Shown here piece after piece: positions 41,401 to 53,000 of a stretch of 64,000 bases of DNA. This stretch comes from Phoronis australis (taxonomy: Eukaryota; Animalia; Phoronida): contig NMRA01000222.1 of assembly GCA_002633005.1 (NCBI GenBank), positions 1 to 64,000 on the forward strand, in the 5' to 3' direction. The translations under genes were made by a program, and so were the position numbers. Position 1 is the first letter of the stretch, and every line of letters starts with the position of its first letter. A model generated the notes under the pieces. The model saw only the letters and a program-made list of their open reading frames with translations, was not told the DNA's origin and did not search any database.

Positions 41401-42128
41401 CGTCTCTACGCGGCATTTGTGCGTGAATCTTTGGTAAAGCGAATGCGATGTCAAAAAATGAAAGAAAATACACCAAGGTACACGTTTTGTGAAGCAAAGC
41501 GTCTGGTGATGTTTATAGCGCATGACCTGGCCTCCTTAGGTAGTAAGTGACGCTGAATGATATCTGGCAACTATGGCTCCAAAATAAAAATATCACGCTT
41601 GTATTACCCCCCCCCCCTTCTCCCCGAGTTCTGCACCTTCCAATGAGTCACCACGCCAGATTTGGTTCAGTTTAAGTCATAAAATCGCAGAATCATTCTT
41701 CTGTGGTCAGCTGTAACGAGACCTAAAATTTTTTGGAACGGTGCTCTATCTTAAAAACCTTTCCAGCACGAGAGTGCTTTGTCAGAAATGCCAAGCACAT
41801 GCAGCGTTCTAAGACAAAGACGTTTTCGTTTCCGTATGTCCACAAAAGTGCTTTGCGCAGCGTGTACAGATTGGTTCATTTCGCTTTTCTACACGAATAT
41901 GGCCAACACGGTGTTTTGAAAAAGTCCATTTTTGAGGAGATTTTCAAAAATGAACATGTTTGGTTGATGCATTCAGTCAGTGCCACGTCGCACATCAAAT
42001 GTAGGGGAGAGTTACCGGTTCCGTACCAGTTATCATCGTCGTATCACGTCATTTCCCGCCAAACTACGGCCATTTAATGAATGTATATTGTGTTCATTGA
42101 AATACCTTTAGGCAATCATTAGTTTTCA

Positions 42129-42997
42129 TAGGCGGATTTAGGGGGGGCCCAGGGGGCCCGGCCCCCCCCCCCCTTGGCTGCCGCAAAAAAAANNNNNNNN
42201 NNNNNNNNNNNNNNNNNNNNNNNNNNNNNNNNNNNNNNNNNNNNNNNNNNNNNNNNNNNNNNNNNNNNNNNNNNNNNNNNNNNNNNNNNNNNNNNNNNNN
42301 NCACTACGACTCCGTTTCCGTCGTCTGCTCCACTGTGCAATGAAGAAAATTTACTTCATTTTTTAAAGAAAATGGAACCTGAGTGACGATGAAAAAACAG
42401 AAGCTGCTGGTAAGATGTGAATTTTAATCGAAGCCTTAGTGAATCACTCAGAAACTCGCAATACTCTCTTTGCCAAACCTTATCTTAAGACGATTTCCAA
42501 AGCAATCCTGTCATTATTGCCAACACGAAAAATGGATTTGGTCTTTTTGGCATTTGAAGACTATTTTAAATACGAGAAATTTGTTAAGAATCGATGGCAC
42601 AAAATATAAAAGTATAATAAGCATTACAAAAAGAAGTAGGTATCGCGCGCAAACGCTGTGGACCATAAACATGTAGGTCTCTTAGTATGTAACTATTAGG
42701 TAAATCGTGGTGGTGTAGTGGCAACGCATGCGCGGACTAACCGCCAGGTCGTGAGTTCGAGTCTTTGCTACTTGCAGTTTTTCCTGTTTGACACGTTCTC
42801 CGTTTTTTTGCCCTTTTTCGTGAATAATACTTCAGAAATCAAGGAAAATGCTTGATTTTTGGAGGTAAAAACAGAAAAATTTCCCGACCTCCCCCCATTC
42901 GGTGCTATGCGCATCTACAATCGTGGTTCAGTTTACACAAATTCTTACAGCCGGACAAAATGTTGCCCCCCCTTGTGATATCCTAGATCCGCCACTG
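42129..42997. mobile_element. hAT-like non-autonomous element(s) with GGCGGAT(C/T)TAG termini, spanning a gap
   Basis: taggcggatttaggggggg at 42129 and ctagatccgccactg at ~42997; similar termini at 50-63, 12178 and 32632. Confidence 0.6.
42706..42770 (+). mobile_element. tRNA-derived SINE-like head (Pol III A and B boxes)
   Basis: TGGTGTAGTGG A-box and GTTCGAGTC B-box at tRNA-like spacing, without a clean cloverleaf. Confidence 0.55.
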
Positions 42998-43998
42998 GTT
43001 GTAGCAGAATTATTAAAGTTTGACTTGTGGCAATTTTGCATAGCGTTTTAAGACACATGTTCATGTTGACGTCATTCAGTATTTAATTCCAAAATCCAAC
43101 TGCGCCAACGCCACGGATATTTGAAAGTTTGATATTTGTAACCCCCTCTTGTTGCAACAACTAACTATGCATGGTTTCTAAAACGTTCTGATGTTTCAAT
43201 TTACGTTTAGCAATTATACGAGACGAAACGTGTTGCAATTACAGAAATTCATAAGCAGTAATAGAATGGCTGCAGGGCGGGATTAAATTGGAACCCTCTG
43301 GTACAACACTTCGGGGTGGCAGGTGGCACCAGTGGATTATTAATTAAAAAACGTTTGCCTGACTTACATGTACTTGAATGTAATACTTCTGATGCTAAAA
43401 TGTTTAGTGCCGATCATCACGAATTGTGTGGCCTCTCCCTCCTCTTCTCCAGAGAGGGTTCCGCACGAGACAAACCTCCCTCCATCCTAGCTACATGTAC
43501 GCCCCTCAGGATGTACACAGAAGTCCGTGCCCTGACTGTTGCATATTTCTGTATGCATTATACATTGCTCCTCGCTAGTTCAAAGGCTTAGTTTTGCCCT
43601 TTATATTTACCGTCAATCTTAATGAACTTGTACGTAACAAAATAGACACTGTGTATACTGTTCATCTTCTTCACTGTTTTAATCGTATTTTCTGACCTTA
43701 GAATAAGTAATGCTTGTGTAAAAATCTTGCACCACCATTTTGGTTGATATCAATTCTGATGAGACTGATCATCGTTCACATATATCAGTCTGATCATCAT
43801 TTACGGATCGTTTTTGGTCAGTGACAAAAATTCGTATAAATTACTAGGACTGATGAAAAAACCTAGATCTTATATTACGCCTTTCATTAATATTAATTCT
43901 TATCAATATCTTATGACATGACATACCATTCTTAGAAATAGTCGAAATTAATCTGTTTTAAAGAATCGTTTGTAATAAATTTTATCAACCACAATTGC

Positions 43999-44106
43999 TT
44001 GTGTACACCTGTCGTTCACGCGCAGACATAGTGCCTGTGTACATCTGTCGTGCACGCGCAGATATAGTGCCTGTGTACACTTGTCCGGCACGCGCCGATG
44101 TACATG
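43999..44106. repeat. 36-bp minisatellite x3
   Basis: tgtgtacac(c/t)tgtc...cacgcgcaga(c/t)atagtgcc repeated. Confidence 0.85.
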
Positions 44107-46525
44107 TATATAGTGGGACAAAGGGACATTTCCCGCCACTGCTCCAACGAGAGAGGGTACCTTCTGAAATGGGATACCTTAAGATGAAAGGCTAAACATC
44201 ATTAAGCTTAGAAAAAAGTGACAGTTCATTCCACCCTCGTGTGGTCCCAAAAGGATGCAGGGAGTGACCTCCTTCAACATGAAAGCACGATTTAACAAAA
44301 AACAGGAAAATAAAGGTAATCGATTCCAACATTGGACCCTTTCACCGTGAGGGGCCCCGCAAGAATTTCTTAATAAAAACACAAAACGGTGGCCACTTGA
44401 ATATCATCAATGGCCTCGTTCAAAAGCGGGGCCCCTCAATATGAAAATATCTGTATTTTCAAAGATCAGGAAATGCGCGGCAATTGATGTTATCTGTCAG
44501 GTCATCAATTTTTCTCAAGTGATATACAACTTTCGAGAAAAAAAATAAAGCGAAAGCTGTCACCGTTATCCCTTGCCAGAGAGGGACCTCTAGAAAAATA
44601 TAGTTTTGCATTCGCAAAATTGACTCATCGAATTTAAAAATCCAGTAAATTGGTACGCTCCGCAAAAACTTCGCTTTACAAATTCTCTCGATTTTTTCGA
44701 AATATATGTGTGCGTTTAGACGACCTGTGCTGCAAAAGCGAAGACCCTAACGACAATGTCTTGGCCTGGGTCCTCAAAAGGTAAACCATGCACTGATGCA
44801 GATTTGTTAAATGTTCTCTTGAATTTTCTCTCTTATCCGTTTTTCGCAGTTTTTCTTTTTTCGACTGTCCCAGGCACCACGCCGATGTGGGCTGCCACGG
44901 TTTAACCAGACGCCTGAAGATTTTTGAGGGGGCCCGTGCCCGCCCCGCCTCCCCCCGCTTCCTACGGCCTTGGAACTGTATGCAAATTTACTGACACATT
45001 TCAAATTTCCTGGTTGTTGATACTTTTTTATGCATAATATATAAAAGTTTCACATCTAAAGTGCGAAATTATGCTTCCGTGTAAACATTTAACGTTTAAT
45101 TTTACCACGCCGTCAGCAATTCAGCATAAAGTTTACGTTGGTGCAATTTCAAGCAATTCTTATTTGTAGGTTGATTCGATTTTACCACCTTTCAATAGTT
45201 GAACAAAAGTTGATAAACCGATGTCAAGACTGGAGGGGCTACTGGTGCCGAACGAACAGCGAACAGTTAAATGTTTGTTTGGCCAAAGTTCTCCCGCTAA
45301 GTCATAAAATGGTAATTGCTGACCGAGGACACGCATAATCCGAATTGGTCATCTATGCTAGGCGACCGCTTTGCCGACCCAAGTGCCGACCGCAGAGGCG
45401 ACTCAGCAGACGGCTCCCAGCAGACCATTGTTGGTCGGCTGATGGTCGACCAATTTCCGACCGGTCGGACAAAACTTCGTGATGTGTGCTGTACATAAAT
45501 GGTCCCACTCTTCGATCGCCTTCAGGCACTTCCACTATATTAATATAGGGCCCCATCTTTAATCCCGAAATTGAATTTACTGCCTAAATCATTTTATATA
45601 ATAAGCTTAATTTCTTGCCTAAATCACTTTAAAAATAAACAATTGCATGCCTCAAACAATAATTTGGACAGCACTGAAATTCTAACTGGTTTTTCATCAA
45701 GGTGTGTGTATAAACATTGTGGCAAGGTCTCAAATTCTAGGCAAATTGGAAAAGTTATAACAGAGAATGATTTTTCTGTGTTTATTTGATATACTTTACT
45801 GTTGGCCAACTTCAGCGTCTATATATTAAGTATAATAAAAGATTTGGTTGACAGAGTTTAGTGCAGCCTACAGTTCACTTTGCGAGCTTATGCTAGAATA
45901 GCTGCGAAAACAACAGAATACCCAAATATTGTTGTAGCACTGTGTGTAATTGTTTTGTATCTCTGGTTCCATTGTGTTGTTACATGAAGGTTTCGCGACA
46001 CTGTAAAATCTTATGCAGCCAACCAGTTTTATCTCACCCGATTGAAACATTAGTTAAAATGTGTCGCGTTTTCTAGAGATGATATAGATGGGCCAAGTGT
46101 GACCCAAACTAGGCAAGTCACAAAAATTCACTGTTGTGAAAACAACTGCAAGAAGCACACTTAAATATTCGCTGGTGCTTGCATTTTTGTATTACTAATA
46201 GAACTGGAAAGGTGAATTTTTTTTTCATTACAAGTTTCATTTTTCATTTTTCAGTATGTTAATGAATACGAACTTTTCAAAAGGTCATGAGACTTGTAAA
46301 ACAGTTTTCCATTGGTTGTCAAGATTACGTTGTCGTCTTTTTCCGTGTGTGAATGGCTACTACCGCTGGTAACACTTTACCCCAAAAGAGTAAATCGGAT
46401 TATTAAGTCAACATTCATCCACATGCCAGTTTAAAACCTTTCATATGAGTCCGTTTAATTGCAATCTTTCTCATAATGTGCAGTACAAAAGCATGAACAT
46501 TTTGAGACATCCAGTTGAGAAAACA

Positions 46526-46739
46526 GATCAAGTTTGAGTCTATTGCTGGAGTAGAAACTTACAAAAATTAGCGACGTTGCGTCCGCATCTCACAGACGAT
46601 GCCGCGCCGTCTGGTCAATGCGCCACCAATTGGCCAGAATAACGATAACGTCACAAGTCAAGCTGAATTCCGTGAGATGCGGAGGCAACATCGCTAATTT
46701 TTGTAAGTTTTTATTCCAGTATTAGACTCAAATTTGATC
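46526..46739. mobile_element. Palindromic MITE-like insertion upstream of the copy B start codon
   Basis: ~68-bp imperfect inverted arms gatcaagtttgagtcta...ccgcatctcac / gtgagatgcgg...tagactcaaatttgatc. Confidence 0.75.
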
Positions 46740-46927
46740 AATGTGCAGTACACTTGATGGACTTTGCCGTGCTTTTACCTATCAGTTGCCAGAACCAGCG
46801 AAGGGTAGTCACAGTGCTGAATATAAATATTGTTGTAATTTCATGGAGAAGCTGTATGTCCATATGTCTTTCAAGATCGCTACAGTCGTAACTACAACCC
46901 ATACCATTCGCATTGCAGTTATCGAAG

Positions 46928-47083
46928 ATGGGCAATACCCTCTCTGAACCGAATGGAGACTCGTATGATCCATCGACGGATCCAGTTGACACGTCAGACA
47001 TTGAAGGACACCACTTTCCTTATGAGAATCTCGTTCTCGAGGGTGGTGGTGTCAAAGCGTGTGCCTACGCTGGTGCATTCGAA
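46928..47083 (+). CDS. Patatin B coding exon 1 (MGNTLS...GGGVKACAYAGAFE)
   Basis: 5 nt differences from copy A in 156 nt; donor GAA|gtgagt. Confidence 0.9.
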
Positions 47084-50000
47084 GTGAGTGTTAACGTGTT
47101 TTTGTGAATTATTTTGTTATAAATGTTATGGTTATTTATACACAGCAACGGCTAAAGGTTATGAGACATGTTAACGTGAAATCTTAGCGTCAGGGTATCA
47201 ATTCATATTGAGGCTAAGAAAATTTCGCGCTAAGGTGCGACTGAAAAATATCTGTAACTACTGGTAATTAAAATTTTAGATTTGCCCGATTGCTGCATAT
47301 CTAATGTAATGAACGAAACCCAAATCCTATTTTTTTTCAAAAACAGGTTTTGGAGAAAGTTGGTGTTCTCAAAAACATCAAACGGATAGCTGGTACATCA
47401 GGCGGCGCCATTGCAGCAACACTTCTTGCTCTCGGCTGTAGCCCGCAGNAGATAAGGTATTTTGCTAAACATGTGTAATATTGAAAAAATGGCCAAGTTT
47501 TGTTCAATAAGGTTTGAGATATCCTTAAATACTAGACCGTGTAACCGCGTTCTGTCGCTGTAGTGCCGAATCCAGTTTCCGGTTCACATTGCCAATGATT
47601 AGCTGCAATTATGAAAAAAACATGTTAAAGTGAGATGCATTGTTAAAATCTTAAAACTTCTTCACTACACAACTTTTCAAGTGATTAATAACCAGTAATA
47701 CTTTGGTTTGCACTAACTTTAAACTAGGAAAGAAAGCATGGTATAGCAATAATGTGATGTCATCTACTATGTTAGTATCTAATCGTTATGCAGCATATTA
47801 AGCATGACATTCAGAACTTAACTTTGAAGCACCAGCAGTGGTACAAGCACTTTCATACAATTAAGTGGTTCCACGTCACTGCCTATCAATGTTGATCAAC
47901 GCAATACATCACACACCAAAAATAATGAATGTAATCAATTTGTAAAGCTTAACAGCTGGAGCACTGAATTTAAGAAGCTGAAAAATCAAGTGCTGTATGA
48001 CCTTACTAAAACAATGCTTCAAGAAGCATGAATTGGGAATGAGCAACTCACAACCAAGTAATTTGAATTAACACACAGGATGGTGCCCTGGTGTCAGTTA
48101 CTTCATATGCCAGAGCTAAAAGCAATGCCTGAACATAGAAAATACACAGTGTGTCAGTCAAATGTAGGCAGATTATCTGGCTTTTAATAAATCTTCAAAT
48201 TGTGACATGGGCAATGATCTTTCAAGAGATTTGGCAGACACACAGGTGGATGAAAGAAGTCACTCCGAAATTTTGAATATAGCCACCAGACATAAATACG
48301 TGCAGGTTGCGTAAAAAGTAGTCATTTTTAAGGAGAATAGAGAAAATTTGCAATTATTTGCTATTATTATGACTCTTAATAATCAGCAAACATAATGGAC
48401 GCATTTCTCTTTCTTCTTCTTCTATATCCGAATTTCGTTCTTCAATGTATTCATCACTGTCAGCCACATTTCGATTTTGAACAATTGAAAGAATCTCTGT
48501 CATATACCAATCGTCAGTATCCTGTAGTTATGAAATTAAAAGATTTTTAGATTTAGAATCTAGTATATTTGATGTACATAGTAGCGAAAAGAAAATCCAA
48601 AAGTAAATAACTCCACAGTGATCCTTGCCACATTCATCATTCTAGAATATAATGCAGCCAGAGCTTTAAATACACGAATTCCAATTGCCTCCAGCAATAG
48701 CATTGGAAATCACAACTGACATGAATCGATCCCAGAACCCAAATCAATTGCATGAAGGCAAACATAAAAAACTACAAATGCCACTGGGGGGCACAGCATA
48801 TGTTCATATATGTCTATAATTCACGGTCCCTGGAGAGTCGAAAATTTCGCGAAAACGCAAGCCTTGCGTTTTCGCGAAATTTTCGACTCTGCGCAATGAA
48901 CACCTGGCTTTTAGCCGACAAAACCATGTTGTGGTCTTTACACCTCAGTCTCTCATGAGGTGACAAACTTGTTGACTGTAATGAGGTGGATGCGATGAGA
49001 ACGTTGGTGTTGGTGGTGAGCGTGCTGTTGATAGTGTTAGTGATGATGGGGCATAGAGGTGGGCCTGTGTGGTGTTAGTGATGGTGGGGTATAGAGGTGG
49101 GGGGTCTGTGGGGTGTTAGTGATGGTGGGGCATAAATGTGGGCAGACTTGAAAACTTTCTTCACGAGGAGCCATAAATGGGCTCTCGTGCTTTTGCTCAG
49201 GTGTTTTGTGCAATGGGCCCAACCATGAGGCCCGCGCACGTCTGATGTACCGCAAATGACATGAGACCACCTGCACTGTTTTTTATAGAGGTGGGTCTGT
49301 GTGGTGTTAGTGATGGTGGGGTATAGAGGTGGGTCTGTGTGGTGTTAGTGAAGGTGGGGTATAGAGGTGGGTCTGTGTGGTGTTAGTGAAGGTGGGGTAT
49401 GGAGGTGGGCCTGTGTGGTGTTAGTGATGGCTGTGACGGTGATGGTGAGGAAGAGGATAATGATGATCAGGTGGTGATGGTGTCAGTAACTATAAGGTAA
49501 TCATGTTGCTATGCATTAGGTTGGTGGTAGTTGTGACGGTGGTAATGGAACGAATGAATATCATCTTAGTGTTGGTGGTGGTGGTAATGGTTGTGGTAGT
49601 AGTGGTTGTGGCGGTGGCAATGGTCATAGAGTTGTCGATGTTCAGTTGTTGTTGGTGCTGCTCCTGATGGTGACGGTGTAGATAATGGAGAAACCCATCA
49701 TCACCATCAAAAGCAACTTCACCACCAATAACGCAGGCAAGAATTACCGCGAACTTGCCGGTTGAGGCTTACAGTGTCGGATCCAGAATTTTGTAAAGAA
49801 CATCCAAGAGGGTGAAAGGCTCGCATATCCCCTTATATGGCATGTCAACGGGTGTTTTCTCTGCTTGTGTTGAGAGCTGGTTTGTCAACCGCCTTCTTAA
49901 TGCGTCTTTGTAGTAAATTACTTCATGGCGAGTTCAAAGTGTATAAGCATTTCCTTTTGCAGATGCTAGATTCGGCAGAGCCTCCTATTGTTACAATCTG

Positions 50001-53000
50001 ATAAATGTATTTGGGTTTAATCCTGGCGTTAAAGCCCATGCCACAATCTCCAGGCACATTGGAGAATTATCGGGTGATCCAAAGTATACATTCAAACAGG
50101 TACGTAATTATTCTAAGGAAGAGGGTGTGTTAAAATTTGCCTTCTATCAGAAGCAATCCTGTTGTCTAGGCTGTGTCGAACGTTTTATCTAGTTACCATG
50201 GTAATTTTCATTTTATTTTATAGCCGCTAAAAACCGTGTTCTGGTGTTTTAAAAACATCATCTTTTCAACACACGCATTCTGTCTTTCAAAAAAGTCGTC
50301 ACGATCTTGTCTTACGTTCGCCAGAATTTCACGATGGCCATTATCTCGTAGGGACTGAAACTAACCCGGGCCGGCAGTGACAGGCAACTTAATGAGACTT
50401 GTATGAAGCGGTATCAGTGTGACAGTGATTTTTCCACAACGTGATTTTGGCACGAAACTTACCTTGAGAAAAACGACGCTTTCAGTGTGCAGTGTAGTCT
50501 ATTTTATTTTTGACAAGGGTTTAGGTGGAAAATTACTCATAACTTTTGAGAGTAAACTCGAAAAAGTAACCTGTTTGTATGGAGAAAGAGACACCTTTTG
50601 TAGCGATTAGTTTAAAAAAATCCACATTTTTATAGTGGTTATTTGCACAGAACAAACCCTTTTCGTATTGATCCTTGTACACCTGCATTTGCAACACAGT
50701 AATATCAAAATAGTTCAAGGGGAAATGTATGTTGTCCAACCTCAGTGCACCTAGATGCAAACAAAATTTTGAAAATCTAAATAACATTAGAGCCTGTAAG
50801 TATAGTTGTGAACTCAAAATGTAAACCTTTCGTGGTGAATCTTGTCGGAAAATGTATCCGTTTGTAGAGAAATTTCTCGTGAAAAATCTTTTTTGAGGGG
50901 CACTGGTTTTTCTTTGGGAGTTTCCCAAGGAAAAGAGATGTAAAGTGTTCCTGGGTGAACTCTATGAGCTGGGACGTTGGGTGTTTCTTTGCCTCTTTGC
51001 AGAATTATTTTTGACAGGACCCACGAAATATCGTCGATTTCCGTGGCATGTTGTTTCACAATTCTATTTGGGCCATCTCCCAGACGAGACGGTGTCGCCA
51101 CCTGGCACCCCCTTTCTTCTCACAGACACCAAGAAGCAACGACAAGAATTGTCATAAATAACATGTAGAAATCAAAGGCGTTTCATGAGTCCACTAGACA
51201 TGATTTTTGCAAAGTACCGCTTTAAATAGAAGTTAATAAATATGCACAGAAGAGTAACAGTGTCGGATTGAAGGGGCTCCAAGGGGGCCATACTCCCCTA
51301 AAATTTTCCCACATTCCATTTGGCAGATCGTAGGTGCGAATGTATGACGGGCAAAATCCTGGCTAATCCTCTGCCCTGGCCTCCCCTAACTCAAAACGAT
51401 GGATTCCCCCTTGAGTAATCATAAGTGATTCCGAGTTTTCAGAAGCACGAATGGTCCCTTAATTGCTTTTGATGCCCGCTATAACATGCTTTTCGTCACA
51501 AAGGCGCTAACTCTGACCGGATGTCGATCAGACTATACACGTACGTGTTGATGTAAGAAGTAACTGGTAGAGAAAATGATGCGACTCGACAGACAAGTAC
51601 TGCTACGTGCGAGTTCCTTTATAATGCTATAAACTGTCTAACAGAAACCCGGATATCAACTTCAGTCCCGTGAGTGTCCAGTATCTTGAGTGTCGTTTCC
51701 TCATTTAAGTTATCTAGCTCTGGATACGTCTTGGAGGACGAAGTGAAAAGCCAAATCTAACTTAATTAATTAAGAAAATTAACTGAAAATTTCATTCCTA
51801 AAATTTCCGGTCGATTTTCCGGCTAGACGTCAATTGTTTGAACACACTGTACTACATTCTGATTTGTGTATGCAGCTATACGAAGATCGAGGTATAGAGC
51901 TGTGCATTGTCGCTTGTAACATCAATGGCATGACAATTGAATACTTCCATCCCAAAACCACTCCCCATGCTGAGATAGCAGACGCTGTTCGGATGTCCAT
52001 GAGCATCCCAGGTAAGAATTATCCGTTCTAGGGGCAGTATCATGCATAAAAGTAGGTTTAATTTCATTGAAGCACACCCTGCTGAGCGGATAACGAAACA
52101 GAAAAGTGATATTGCAAACGGCCATCAATCGAAACTCTCCATGTAGCTTTGAAGTGGTTCGTTTTTATTGTCAATGTGTTCATGTAAAAGGACGAAGAGC
52201 GCTTTAATTACAACGAATATACAGAAAGAGCCAAGAGGCATCGTATCTAGGTTAAATAAATGCAAATAAATCTATATACAATTATTATACTCCAAAACAT
52301 AAATTAAAAAACTGATGTTAAGATAACAATGAAATATGATTACGAATGTAAATAAATCATTTTCATACACAATAAGTTAAGTAGTCAATACGATGCTCGT
52401 TTGGCCATTTTATAATATAGCTTGAACATCAGTGGTGATTAAAATTGAAAGAACTAAAAAAACGATGTTAACTCATGAACTGACACACACATGATGCGAT
52501 CACTAGATCAGTAAATGAAATTGAATCATTTGAGGTAACATACATGTACATGTATTTGAATGATACGATAACAGTTGTCAAGTTCAGTGTAGTTTCAAAC
52601 TCAAGACACCAGTGAGACGTAAACTTCCTTAAAAATATGCATTGATAAGGTAAAAGATGTTCTGATTTCACTTTTTGTTGCCTCATTGTTATCATACATT
52701 AAGCTGTAGATTATTATTTTTTCTTGATAATTGACCCAGAAGGCGTCTAAAGTACTTTATCGCTTGCAAAATCAAAATTCAAGCGAGTTGTACTTTGTGC
52801 TGTACCGAGTTTGTCCGTGGGCCAAAAATTGCCATGCCAATATCGAAATCAAAATTTATCGGCAGGAACTCTTTTTGGCTTTCTTTGAGCGCATAATTAT
52901 GTCCTTGGGTCACAGGTGATAGGTTTTTTATTCACAGAATGACTTGTAAGCATACGACGGTCGGCACGTTCTCACTTCTACTAGCTTCTAAATTTATACT

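Noticed and set aside
42706-42770. Functional tRNA gene
   Set aside because: Acceptor and anticodon stems do not pair cleanly and the segment lies within an interspersed repeat.
48200-48525. Minus-strand acidic reading frame after a cag acceptor (DTDDWYMTEIL...)
   Set aside because: Interrupted by stops and not assignable; probably part of a decayed mobile element.
49030-49430. 38-bp repeats as a possible CRISPR-like array (also 43999-44106, 28748-28835)
   Set aside because: Units are contiguous with no unique spacers, in a eukaryotic context; these are ordinary minisatellites.
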